64,000 bases of DNA, taken from positions 310,001 through 374,000 of the IMG/VR virus record IMGVR_UViG_3300046660_000488; one strand, given 5' to 3'. This document shows positions 8,799-16,416 of this stretch, piece by piece. Both the position numbers and the translations under genes were made by a program. The notes under the pieces are model-generated. The model was not told where the DNA came from. It did not search any database and worked only from the letters and a program-made list of their open reading frames with translations. Every line of letters starts with the position of its first letter. The first letter of the stretch is position 1.

Positions 8799-9059
8799 AT
8801 GACCGATTTCAGTGACCAAAAAACGCTCACGTCTCTCTTCGTGCATGCGCTGATGTACATCATCCCCGAAGATCATGCGCTCGTCGTCGAGTTCCAAGGC
8901 GAGAAATACGACCTGACGCGCAAGGGCGACAATTTCGAAATCTGGCCGTGCGATTACGACACCGCGCCGGGCTCCATTGTCACGACGGTCGAGGTCGCGC
9001 CGGAAGAAAAGGGAATGTTCGACCAGTTGAACGACATGATCAACAGGATGAAGCCGTAA
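8799..9059 (+). CDS. hypothetical protein
   Basis: 86 aa ORF. Confidence 0.6.
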   Translation: MTDFSDQKTLTSLFVHALMYIIPEDHALVVEFQGEKYDLTRKGDNFEIWPCDYDTAPGSIVTTVEVAPEEKGMFDQLNDMINRMKP

Positions 9060-9125
9060 TCTCGTTTACGACCTTGACTTCAGAGGGGTGATCTGGCACG
9101 CAAGAGGCTTGCCCTCGGAGTGCCT

Positions 9126-10418
9126 ATGGACATCGAACTGAAATCGGATTTCCTGCGCGTGATGCAGGAGCGTGGCTTCATCCACCAATGCACCAATCTG
9201 GCTGCGTTGGACGAGGTCATGGCTACGGGTCCGATGAAGGCCTACATCGGCTTCGACCTGACGGCTGACAGCCTGCACGTCGGATCGCTGATCCAACTGA
9301 TGGTCCTACGTCACCTGATCTCGACCGGCCACACGCCGGTGATCCTGTTCGGCGGCGCGACCACGCGCATCGGTGATCCGACCGGCAAGGACAGCATGCG
9401 TCCCCAGTTGACGCCCGATCAGATCGAGACGAACGAGGTCGGCATCCTGAAGGTGGTTGACCGCATCGTCGGCCGGTTCGCTCTCGACCAGAAAAAGAAC
9501 GTTCCGACCATCCTCAACAATCTGACGTGGATGCAGCCCAGCAGGACGCTGGACTACCTGCGGGAGTACGGGCCGCACTTCACGATCAACCGCATGCTGA
9601 CGCTCGACAGTGTCAAGACGCGGCTTGAGCGCCAGCAGCCGATGACGTTCCTCGAATTCAACTACATGCTGTTCCAAGCCATCGACTTCCGGTGGCTGAA
9701 CAGCAACTGCGACATCGAGCTTCAGATCGGCGGCTCCGACCAGTGGGGCAACATCGTCAACGGCGTGGACCTGATTCGTCGCATGGACGGTGAGCAGGCG
9801 TACGGCCTGACCACGCCGCTGCTGGCCAACAGTGCTGGCGAGAAAATGGGCAAGACTGCTGGCGGCGCCGTCTGGCTCGACCCGGACAAGACATCGCCGT
9901 TCGATTTCTGGCAATTCTGGTACAACATCGAGGACGGCAAGGTCGCCTCGTTCCTGCGGTTGTTCACGGAGCTTGATCTGCCGACGATCCGCGACATCTG
10001 CGCGCTCGACATCTTGGAGAGCAAGTCGATCCTCGCGACAGAAATCACGTCGGTCGTGCACGGTCACGAAAAGGCGTTGGAAGTCCTCGACACGGTCAAC
10101 AAGGCCAAGCGCGGCGAGCCGGGTGAGGACTTGGTCTTGATCTCGTGCACAACCAGCATCTACAGCGGTGTGCACGGCTACTGCACGTGGGCCGACATGT
10201 TTGCCGAAGACCCGACCGGTGAGCCTAACCTGTCGAAGGGCGAGACCACGCGGCTGGTCGCCAATGGCGGCATCAAGCTCGACGGCGTGAAGCTGACGGA
10301 TGCGCGTGAATTCGTGAAGGACACGGTTCGCAATCGTCACCTTCAGGGCAAGACGGTCCTGCTGACCATCGGCAAGAAGCGCGCCTTCCGCATTTCCTTC
10401 CCGGAGGAACGCACATGA
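9126..10418 (+). CDS. tyrS: tyrosyl-tRNA synthetase
   Basis: YIGFDLTADSLHVGS (HIGH), FNYMLFQAIDF, QIGGSDQWGNI, KMGKT (KMSKS), C-terminal S4-like domain. Confidence 0.95.
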   Translation: MDIELKSDFLRVMQERGFIHQCTNLAALDEVMATGPMKAYIGFDLTADSLHVGSLIQLMVLRHLISTGHTPVILFGGATTRIGDPTGKDSMRPQLTPDQIETNEVGILKVVDRIVGRFALDQKKNVPTILNNLTWMQPSRTLDYLREYGPHFTINRMLTLDSVKTRLERQQPMTFLEFNYMLFQAIDFRWLNSNCDIELQIGGSDQWGNIVNGVDLIRRMDGEQAYGLTTPLLANSAGEKMGKTAGGAVWLDPDKTSPFDFWQFWYNIEDGKVASFLRLFTELDLPTIRDICALDILESKSILATEITSVVHGHEKALEVLDTVNKAKRGEPGEDLVLISCTTSIYSGVHGYCTWADMFAEDPTGEPNLSKGETTRLVANGGIKLDGVKLTDAREFVKDTVRNRHLQGKTVLLTIGKKRAFRISFPEERT

Positions 10419-10564
10419 AACTGCTCTTCTGGCGAAAGCCCAAGCCTGCACCTGAGCCCAAGCCGGAACCTCCGGCGGGCTACAAATCACTGGCGGAGGC
10501 CGAAGCGGCTCTCCGGCGCGGCGAGATCACAATGCTCGTCTACGAGAAAGGGACCATCGTCTGA
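10415..10564 (+). CDS. small hypothetical protein (49 aa, MKLLFWRKPKP...)
   Basis: GGAGG RBS, ATGA overlap with tyrS stop, TGATG coupling to next gene; translated by hand. Confidence 0.6.
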   Translation: MKLLFWRKPKPAPEPKPEPPAGYKSLAEAEAALRRGEITMLVYEKGTIV

Positions 10565-11127
10565 TGATCCGCCAACTCCTGTCTGGATTTTTCGAAACCA
10601 TGGCCGCCATCTTCCGCATCAACGACGGCGACAATGTCGCTGGTCGGAACCTCTTCATCAGCAGCAACCTCGTCATCATCGACGGCGTCGAATATGACAT
10701 GAAGGGCGTCCCTCCGGTGAAGCTGGAGATCGTCAACGGTTCGCTCGACACGCTAAGGGTCTACGGCAACGCCTATGTCGCTGAAGCCGTCACGGTCAAA
10801 ACCGTGGACGCCAGCGGCAACGTCGTCTGCGGACCTGTGACCGGCGACGTGGACGCCAGCGGCGACGTGACCGTGCACGGCAGTGTCGGCGGAAACGTCG
10901 ATTCGTCCAGCGACGTGACGGTCACCGGAAGCGTGGGCGGCTATGTGGACGCCTCGGGTGACGTTCGCTGCGGCGATGTCGGCCAGTACGTCGAATCTTC
11001 CGGCGACGTTGAGGCCGGAGACGTGAACGGCAACATCGACGCCTCGGGTGATGTGACCTGCGGCGGCATCAACGGCAACATCGACGCCTCGGGCGACGTG
11101 ACCGTGAACACCGGCCGTCCGGCATGA
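10564..11127 (+). CDS. beta-solenoid repeat protein (bactofilin-like)
   Basis: Seven 15-16 aa repeats of V/I-x-G-x-V/I-D-A-S-G-D-V. Confidence 0.7.
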   Translation: MIRQLLSGFFETMAAIFRINDGDNVAGRNLFISSNLVIIDGVEYDMKGVPPVKLEIVNGSLDTLRVYGNAYVAEAVTVKTVDASGNVVCGPVTGDVDASGDVTVHGSVGGNVDSSSDVTVTGSVGGYVDASGDVRCGDVGQYVESSGDVEAGDVNGNIDASGDVTCGGINGNIDASGDVTVNTGRPA

Positions 11128-12275
11128 GAATCCTATCCGGCGTCCAGCCCACCGGCAACCTGCACCTTGGCAACTATCTCGGCGCCATCAAGCAGTTCGC
11201 CAAGCTCCAGCAGCCCGGCAACAAGTGCTTCTACAGCGTGGTCGATCTACATGCGATCACCGCTGGCAAGCACGATCCGAACGTGCTGGCCCAGCACACC
11301 CGCGAGATCGCGGCGGCGTACATCGCCTCGGGTGTGGACCCCAACCGCTCGACGATCTTCGTCCAGTCACAGGTTCCGGAAATCGCCGAGCTTCACTGGC
11401 TGCTGTGCAACGTCGCGCGCATGGGCTGGCTGGAACGGATGACGCAGTATCGGGAGAAGACCAACAGCGTCCCTCCCGCTGACCTGCGTGGCATCCTCAG
11501 CCGCGTCGAGAAAGTGCTGAAGGGATCGGGGAGCTACAACCTCGAACCGCTGGAAGGCAATGCCGGGACCGTCTTCAACCACAATGACGTGCTGGCCATG
11601 TACGACATGCTGTCGCGCGTCACCTCCAACAAGGAGGGCGCGAGCGTCGGTCTGTTCACCTATCCGGTGCTGATGGCCGCCGACATCCTGTCGGTCGGCG
11701 CCACGCACGTTCCGGTCGGTCATGACCAACGCCAGCACCTGAACTTGGCTCGCGACATCATCGAGAAGCTGAACACCGACTTCCTGATGGTCCGTGACAT
11801 CCCCGAAGCGCTGCACGTCGCCGAAGGCGCGCGCGTCATGTCGCTGAAGGATGGCACGCGCAAGATGTCCAAGAGCGATGCCGACGACGCTGGCCGGATC
11901 AACATGACCGACAGCGACGAGGTGATCGCCAAGAAGGTCCGCAAGGCGACGGCCGACAGCCTGCCGTTCCCTGAGCACGACGTTGACCTGAAGCCGGAAG
12001 TGGCCAACCTGATCTCGATCTATGCTGGGGTCTCTGGGCTGGCGCGTGAGGCGATCTTCGCCGAATTCGCTGGCAAGGGCTGGGGCGTGTTCAAACCGGC
12101 CCTGACGGACGTCCTGATCACCAACATCGGTCCGATCCGCAACCAGATGGAACGGCTGCTCAAGGACGAAGGCTTCCTCGACTATCTGCTCGGCGAAGGC
12201 GCGATGAAAGCGCGGGAAGAAGCCGCGCGCACCTTGGGCATGACCAAGCACATGATGGGCTTCTACGGTGCTTGA
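11124..12275 (+). CDS. trpS: tryptophanyl-tRNA synthetase
   Basis: MRILSGVQPTGNLHLGNYLG, YPVLMAADIL, VPVGHDQ, KMSKS. Confidence 0.95.
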   Translation: MRILSGVQPTGNLHLGNYLGAIKQFAKLQQPGNKCFYSVVDLHAITAGKHDPNVLAQHTREIAAAYIASGVDPNRSTIFVQSQVPEIAELHWLLCNVARMGWLERMTQYREKTNSVPPADLRGILSRVEKVLKGSGSYNLEPLEGNAGTVFNHNDVLAMYDMLSRVTSNKEGASVGLFTYPVLMAADILSVGATHVPVGHDQRQHLNLARDIIEKLNTDFLMVRDIPEALHVAEGARVMSLKDGTRKMSKSDADDAGRINMTDSDEVIAKKVRKATADSLPFPEHDVDLKPEVANLISIYAGVSGLAREAIFAEFAGKGWGVFKPALTDVLITNIGPIRNQMERLLKDEGFLDYLLGEGAMKAREEAARTLGMTKHMMGFYGA

Positions 12276-12375
12276 TCTGGCCAACCAAATCGCCGGTGTC
12301 AGTGTTGCGGTTATCACCGCCTCACTGGCATCCGGCTTTGCTGGTATTCGTTACATCGCCCGCAACTGGCGTTAG
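12268..12375 (+). CDS. 35 aa single-TM peptide ([35 protein letters not shown])
   Basis: Translated by hand; GTG overlaps trpS end and TAG overlaps prs stop; hydrophobic core then basic tail. Confidence 0.4.
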   Translation: MLDLANQIAGVSVAVITASLASGFAGIRYIARNWR

Positions 12376-13286
12376 ATACTGAGGCGAGACACCGACTCTT
12401 CGTGAGCCGCCCGGCGGATCGCTTCGCCGAACACGTCAGCCACCGACACCACCCGGATTTTCTTTGGCAGGTCCGCCTGCGGGATCGTGTCGGTGATAAC
12501 CACGGTCTTGATTGGCGAAGCGATGATGCGCTCGCGGGCTGGGCCAGACAGCACCCCGTGGGTGACGTAGGCGCTGACCGAAGCCGCACCCTTGGCGAGA
12601 AGAGCGTCGGCCGCGTGGCAGAGCGTTCCGGCCGTATCGACGATGTCGTCGTACAGGATGCAGTCGAAGCCTTCGACGTCGCCGATGATGTTCATCACCT
12701 CGCTCTCGTTGGCCTTCTCGCGGCGCTTGTCCACGATGGCCATGCCGATGCCGAGCTTTCCGGCCAGACCACGGGCGCGCACGACGCCGCCGACGTCAGG
12801 GGAGACGACGAGCGGGTTCTTGTAGCTGCGCTCGATGTCGCGGGCCAGCGTCGGCATGGCGGCGAGGTTGTCCACCGGGATGTTGAAGAAGCCTTCGATC
12901 TGTCCGGCGTGCAGGTCCATGGTCAGGATGCGCTGGGCGCCCGCCGTGGTCAGGATGTCGGCGACCAGCTTGGCCGAGATCGCCGTGCGACCGCCTTTGC
13001 GATCCTGCCGGGCGTAGCCGAAGTAGGGGATGACGGCAGTGATCCGCTTGGTGCTGGCGCGCTTGAGCGCGTCGATGCAGATCAGAAGCTCCATTAGGTT
13101 GTCGTTGGCTGGATTGCTGGTCGATTGCATGACGTAGACGTCCTGCCCGCGCATGTTCTCGAAGATGCGGACGGAGATTTCCTTGTCGGAGAACGTCTTG
13201 ACCGTGGACTCACACAGACGGATGCCGAGATATTCGGCAACGGTCTCGGCGAAAGCCGGATTGGAATTGCCAGCCAACAGCTTCAT
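12372..13286 (-). CDS. prs: ribose-phosphate pyrophosphokinase (PRPP synthetase)
   Basis: [48 protein letters not shown]. Confidence 0.95.
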   Translation of the reverse strand: MKLLAGNSNPAFAETVAEYLGIRLCESTVKTFSDKEISVRIFENMRGQDVYVMQSTSNPANDNLMELLICIDALKRASTKRITAVIPYFGYARQDRKGGRTAISAKLVADILTTAGAQRILTMDLHAGQIEGFFNIPVDNLAAMPTLARDIERSYKNPLVVSPDVGGVVRARGLAGKLGIGMAIVDKRREKANESEVMNIIGDVEGFDCILYDDIVDTAGTLCHAADALLAKGAASVSAYVTHGVLSGPARERIIASPIKTVVITDTIPQADLPKKIRVVSVADVFGEAIRRAAHEESVSRLSI

Positions 13287-13353
13287 GGTCGTGCCTCGTC
13301 AGAAACGTTGCACGACCTATAATGTTTCCGACCATTTGGTCAACCAAATTCGG

Positions 13354-13851
13354 TCAGGATTCGAAGAAGAAATGGTCCGCCAGTTCGAGGAATTTGTCGA
13401 GGGGCAGGAGCCAGTAATCCTTGTAGACGATGATCGGTTCCAACGGGACGCTACCTTTGTCCACGACGACCATTTCCGGCACGTTGTTGAACTTCATAAT
13501 GACGAGGACTTTCTTGTTCGCCTGCTTGGCGTCATGCTCGCACTGCTTGATCCACTCGTCGATGAACGTGCATTTCTGGTTCACCATGGACACGAAGGTC
13601 GGCGGCGTCTTGTAGTGCTTGCACTCGATGGAGAACTTGAAGCCGTCCGGGCAGATGATGTCGCCGAACGTCGCTTTGTCTAGGTCGTGAGTCTGCGTGC
13701 GGCGCGCGTTGCTTCCGCCGAAGAACGATCCTGAGTCTGCATTTCGGCGAAACGATTTCTCGATGCCTGTATGCTTCTCGAAGCGAGAAGAGAACGTGTT
13801 CGAGATTTTACGCTCGAAGGTGTTGCCTTTGTTTTTACCGTTAACGGGCAT
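13354..13851 (-). CDS. Holliday junction resolvase-like PD-(D/E)xK nuclease
   Basis: KGNTFER, GDIICP, IECKHY motifs. Confidence 0.75.
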   Translation of the reverse strand: MPVNGKNKGNTFERKISNTFSSRFEKHTGIEKSFRRNADSGSFFGGSNARRTQTHDLDKATFGDIICPDGFKFSIECKHYKTPPTFVSMVNQKCTFIDEWIKQCEHDAKQANKKVLVIMKFNNVPEMVVVDKGSVPLEPIIVYKDYWLLPLDKFLELADHFFFES

Positions 13852-13880
13852 GAGTTCCACTGCTGAATAAACGCTGCCCT

Positions 13881-13887
13881 TATTTAT
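13881..13887 (-). promoter_or_regulatory. late promoter motif ATAAATA
   Basis: Upstream of resolvase. Confidence 0.55.
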
Positions 13888-13934
13888 CGCGTCGAATTTT
13901 TGCCTCTGGTTATATGGGGTTCGAAGGAGCCCCC

Positions 13935-14249
13935 ATGACCGCTGTCGATCCCATTCAAAAGCAAATCCGCAAGGTCGCCAACCGCATGGAGCGGCAGAAT
14001 TATCTGGAATCGCGGCCTCTGTCGGACGCCAAGGTCCGGGCCGTGGTCAAGCACAATCTCTCCGTCGCCCATCCGGAAAAGACTGGCGAAGAGCTTGACA
14101 AAATGGTAAACGAAATCCTCAAATCGGTGATGCAGCCCTACAAGGGTCCTGCCGCCACCAAGCCGCCGCCCAAGCCGATCCTCGGCCGGGATTTGTACGA
14201 CGCCGAACGCCGCCAGACGGTGAAGAACATGCGGAGCCGCAGACGATGA
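13935..14249 (+). CDS. basic hypothetical protein
   Basis: AGGAG RBS before ATG. Confidence 0.6.
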   Translation: MTAVDPIQKQIRKVANRMERQNYLESRPLSDAKVRAVVKHNLSVAHPEKTGEELDKMVNEILKSVMQPYKGPAATKPPPKPILGRDLYDAERRQTVKNMRSRRR

Positions 14250-14431
14250 CCATCATGGCTGCTTTTGGCGTCATCCTCGCCGTTCTGTGTTCGGTCGGAA
14301 CCTACTTCGCCATCACCCGTCGTTTGCGGCGCGAGATTTCGGCCGAGTATTTCTGGGCCGCCATGGTCATCCTGTTCGTCGTCCAGATCATCGGCTGGCG
14401 CCTGTTCATCGTCAACGGCGGCCTCGGATGA
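14246..14431 (+). CDS. small two-TM membrane protein
   Basis: Two hydrophobic segments; ATGA overlaps. Confidence 0.6.
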   Translation: MTIMAAFGVILAVLCSVGTYFAITRRLRREISAEYFWAAMVILFVVQIIGWRLFIVNGGLG

Positions 14432-14799
14432 AGTATTATTTCGACGGTGGCTGCAAGCCGAACCCCGGTCAGATGGAAGTGGCGGTGGTCTCCGACGACG
14501 GAGCCGTCAAGCGCCATGGTTTCGTCGGCATGGGGACCAACAACGAGGCCGAATGGCTGGCGTTCATCTGGGCCTGCAATCTGGCGCTGGAGAATGGCCA
14601 CACCGACCTGACGATCAGCGGCGATTCAAAGCTGGTGATCTGCCAAGCCTTGGGCGAATGGCGGGTCAAGCATGAAGCGCTGCGGCCGTTCTACGAAACG
14701 TTCAAGGCGCTGCGGCCCAAGTTCACGAACTTGAAGCTCGTGCACGTTTTGCGCGGCAAGAACCCGGCTGGCCACTACATCGAAAGTCTGCACCGATGA
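14428..14799 (+). CDS. ribonuclease HI-like protein
   Basis: YFDGGCKPNPG, GTNNEAEW, GDSKLVICQ..GEWRVK catalytic D/E/D pattern. Confidence 0.88.
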   Translation: MKYYFDGGCKPNPGQMEVAVVSDDGAVKRHGFVGMGTNNEAEWLAFIWACNLALENGHTDLTISGDSKLVICQALGEWRVKHEALRPFYETFKALRPKFTNLKLVHVLRGKNPAGHYIESLHR

Positions 14800-14981
14800 C
14801 CGCATCCCAGATGATCGACGTCGCCTTCGTCGTGTGCCTTGGTGGCCTGCTGCTGACCTACGTCCTCGACGCGGTGGCGTTCATCTTCATCCACGTGTCG
14901 ATCTGGTGGATCAGCCGGACCGATCCAGAGCGAGCGGAAGGCCATCGGCGCTACTATCGCTACATGCGAGATCGCCGATGA
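14796..14981 (+). CDS. small membrane protein
   Basis: Hydrophobic N-terminal half; ATGA overlaps. Confidence 0.55.
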   Translation: MTASQMIDVAFVVCLGGLLLTYVLDAVAFIFIHVSIWWISRTDPERAEGHRRYYRYMRDRR

Positions 14982-15169
14982 ACACGGTGTTCGTTCTGAA
15001 GACCCCGGACGTTGCCAGCACCCTCGCATTCTTCGAGGAACTTGGGCTGGTGTTCCAGACGGAAATCCACGGGACCGGCCCGGTGCACTATGCGTGCGAG
15101 CAGAACGGCCGCGTGTTCGAAATCTACCCGTCCAAGGACGGAGGGACGACTACCAAATTTTTTGACTAA
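14978..15169 (+). CDS. glyoxalase/VOC-like half-domain protein (63 aa)
   Basis: FVLKTPDV..TLAFFEELGL.F, HGTGPVHYA, FEIYP. Confidence 0.6.
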   Translation: MNTVFVLKTPDVASTLAFFEELGLVFQTEIHGTGPVHYACEQNGRVFEIYPSKDGGTTTKFFD

Positions 15170-15183
15170 TTCTGGAAGCGATT

Positions 15184-15852
15184 ATGATGGACAAATTTTG
15201 CCATGCGTGCGGCGTCAAGCACGTGGACATTGCCTACCCCAAGACCTGCATGGCTTGCAGCCGGATCACCTATTCCAACCCCAAGCCGGTCGCCGTCGCG
15301 CTAGTCCCGGTCTACGACCGCAAGAACAAGCGCACGGGCATCCTGATCGGTGAACGCGGCATCGAGCCCCAGAAAGGCACGTACGGCCTGCCGGGCGGCT
15401 ACGTGGACGACAAGGACACGAGCTTTGCTGGCGCCGCCGCGCGCGAGGTCTTCGAAGAGACCGGTCTGCGCGTCGATCCCAACGAGCTTGTCCCGTTCCA
15501 TTCCTTCTCGGACGGTCGCAACATCCTCGTCTTCCTGACGATGAGCGAGACGATCTCGTTCGACACGGTGGTGAAGAATTTCGAGCCGTGCGATGAGTGC
15601 CCGGCCGTTCGCGTCGCATGGGAACCGGAAGACCTGTCGTTCTCGTCGCACACCATCGCCATGGAAAAGTGGTTTGACCGCCGGGCGGCCATCGAACGCA
15701 TTCGCGGTGACATCGGTGAAGGTCTTGAGATCACAGGCCTGCAAACGCAGGCCGTCTACGAGGCCATGGAGATCGGCATCAAATCGTTCGTGGACATCGC
15801 GTCTGAACTGCGCGCTCAGGAACGCGAAGACCTCAAATCCACCGCAGTTTGA
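15184..15852 (+). CDS. Nudix hydrolase with N-terminal zinc ribbon
   Basis: CHAC...CMAC, NPKPVA, Nudix box PGGYVD...AAREVFEETG. Confidence 0.9.
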   Translation: MMDKFCHACGVKHVDIAYPKTCMACSRITYSNPKPVAVALVPVYDRKNKRTGILIGERGIEPQKGTYGLPGGYVDDKDTSFAGAAAREVFEETGLRVDPNELVPFHSFSDGRNILVFLTMSETISFDTVVKNFEPCDECPAVRVAWEPEDLSFSSHTIAMEKWFDRRAAIERIRGDIGEGLEITGLQTQAVYEAMEIGIKSFVDIASELRAQEREDLKSTAV

Positions 15853-16180
15853 AGTACGTCGCCTCGGTGAGGTCTTCGAAATAGAATCCGTCGTGCTTCA
15901 TGTGCCATCGCTTGTGAAGCGTCTCGACGATCCAGACTACCATGTCGGCGGTTTCGGCTGATTTCCAGCCCTTCTCTTCGATGTGGTAGTCAAAGGGTAG
16001 CAGGCAGTATCGGTCAAGTTGCTTGATGCTATGCTTACCCCGCAGCCATTCAGGCAAGTCGGGATAGTTCTTCACACCGATACACTCCAGTGTGGTATTG
16101 ACTTTGGATACTGGGCGACCGAAGAATTCTTCAAGGTCGCCCAGCATCTTCTGTTCATATCGTGACTTCGATAGCATCAT
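15833..16180 (-). CDS. hypothetical protein (paralog family)
   Basis: C-terminus FYFEDLTEATYFKLRWI; start at MMLSKSR overlapping upstream stop. Confidence 0.6.
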   Translation of the reverse strand: MMLSKSRYEQKMLGDLEEFFGRPVSKVNTTLECIGVKNYPDLPEWLRGKHSIKQLDRYCLLPFDYHIEEKGWKSAETADMVVWIVETLHKRWHMKHDGFYFEDLTEATYFKLRWI

Positions 16181-16416
16181 AGGATCGGCAGGTTCGTCTT
16201 CTCGACAAATTTGATTCTGTCTTCTATGTATCGAATGTAACGCTTGCGCTCTTCGTGACTTAGAGACCACGCTTCATCACGAGTGAGACCGCCACGCATG
16301 TGCCAACTCAGCGTAATGACGTGGTCAATCAGTTCCCTCTGTTGAGCGCGAAAGCTCCTGATCAACCGCTGAATATCGTTCGGGTCTGTTAGGCTCAGGA
16401 GCCTTGCTCGAAAAAA
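16177..16416 (-). CDS. gp51-like baseplate/tail assembly chaperone; may be translated as a frameshift extension of the upstream gene
   Basis: LSWHMRGGLTRDEAWSLSHEER...LPIL; no ATG between the upstream stop and the motif. Confidence 0.6.
   Translation of the reverse strand, partial: FFRARLLSLTDPNDIQRLIRSFRAQQRELIDHVITLSWHMRGGLTRDEAWSLSHEERKRYIRYIEDRIKFVEKTNLPIL

Noticed and set aside
10564-11127. Tubulin/PhuZ or phage-nucleus system
   Set aside because: Repeat is a beta-solenoid, not a GTPase; the T4-like head and replication genes do not match nucleus-forming phages
12372-13286. Complete NARP1 NAD-reconstitution system
   Set aside because: No Nampt-like partner in the window and the protein looks like canonical Prs; cannot be excluded genome-wide
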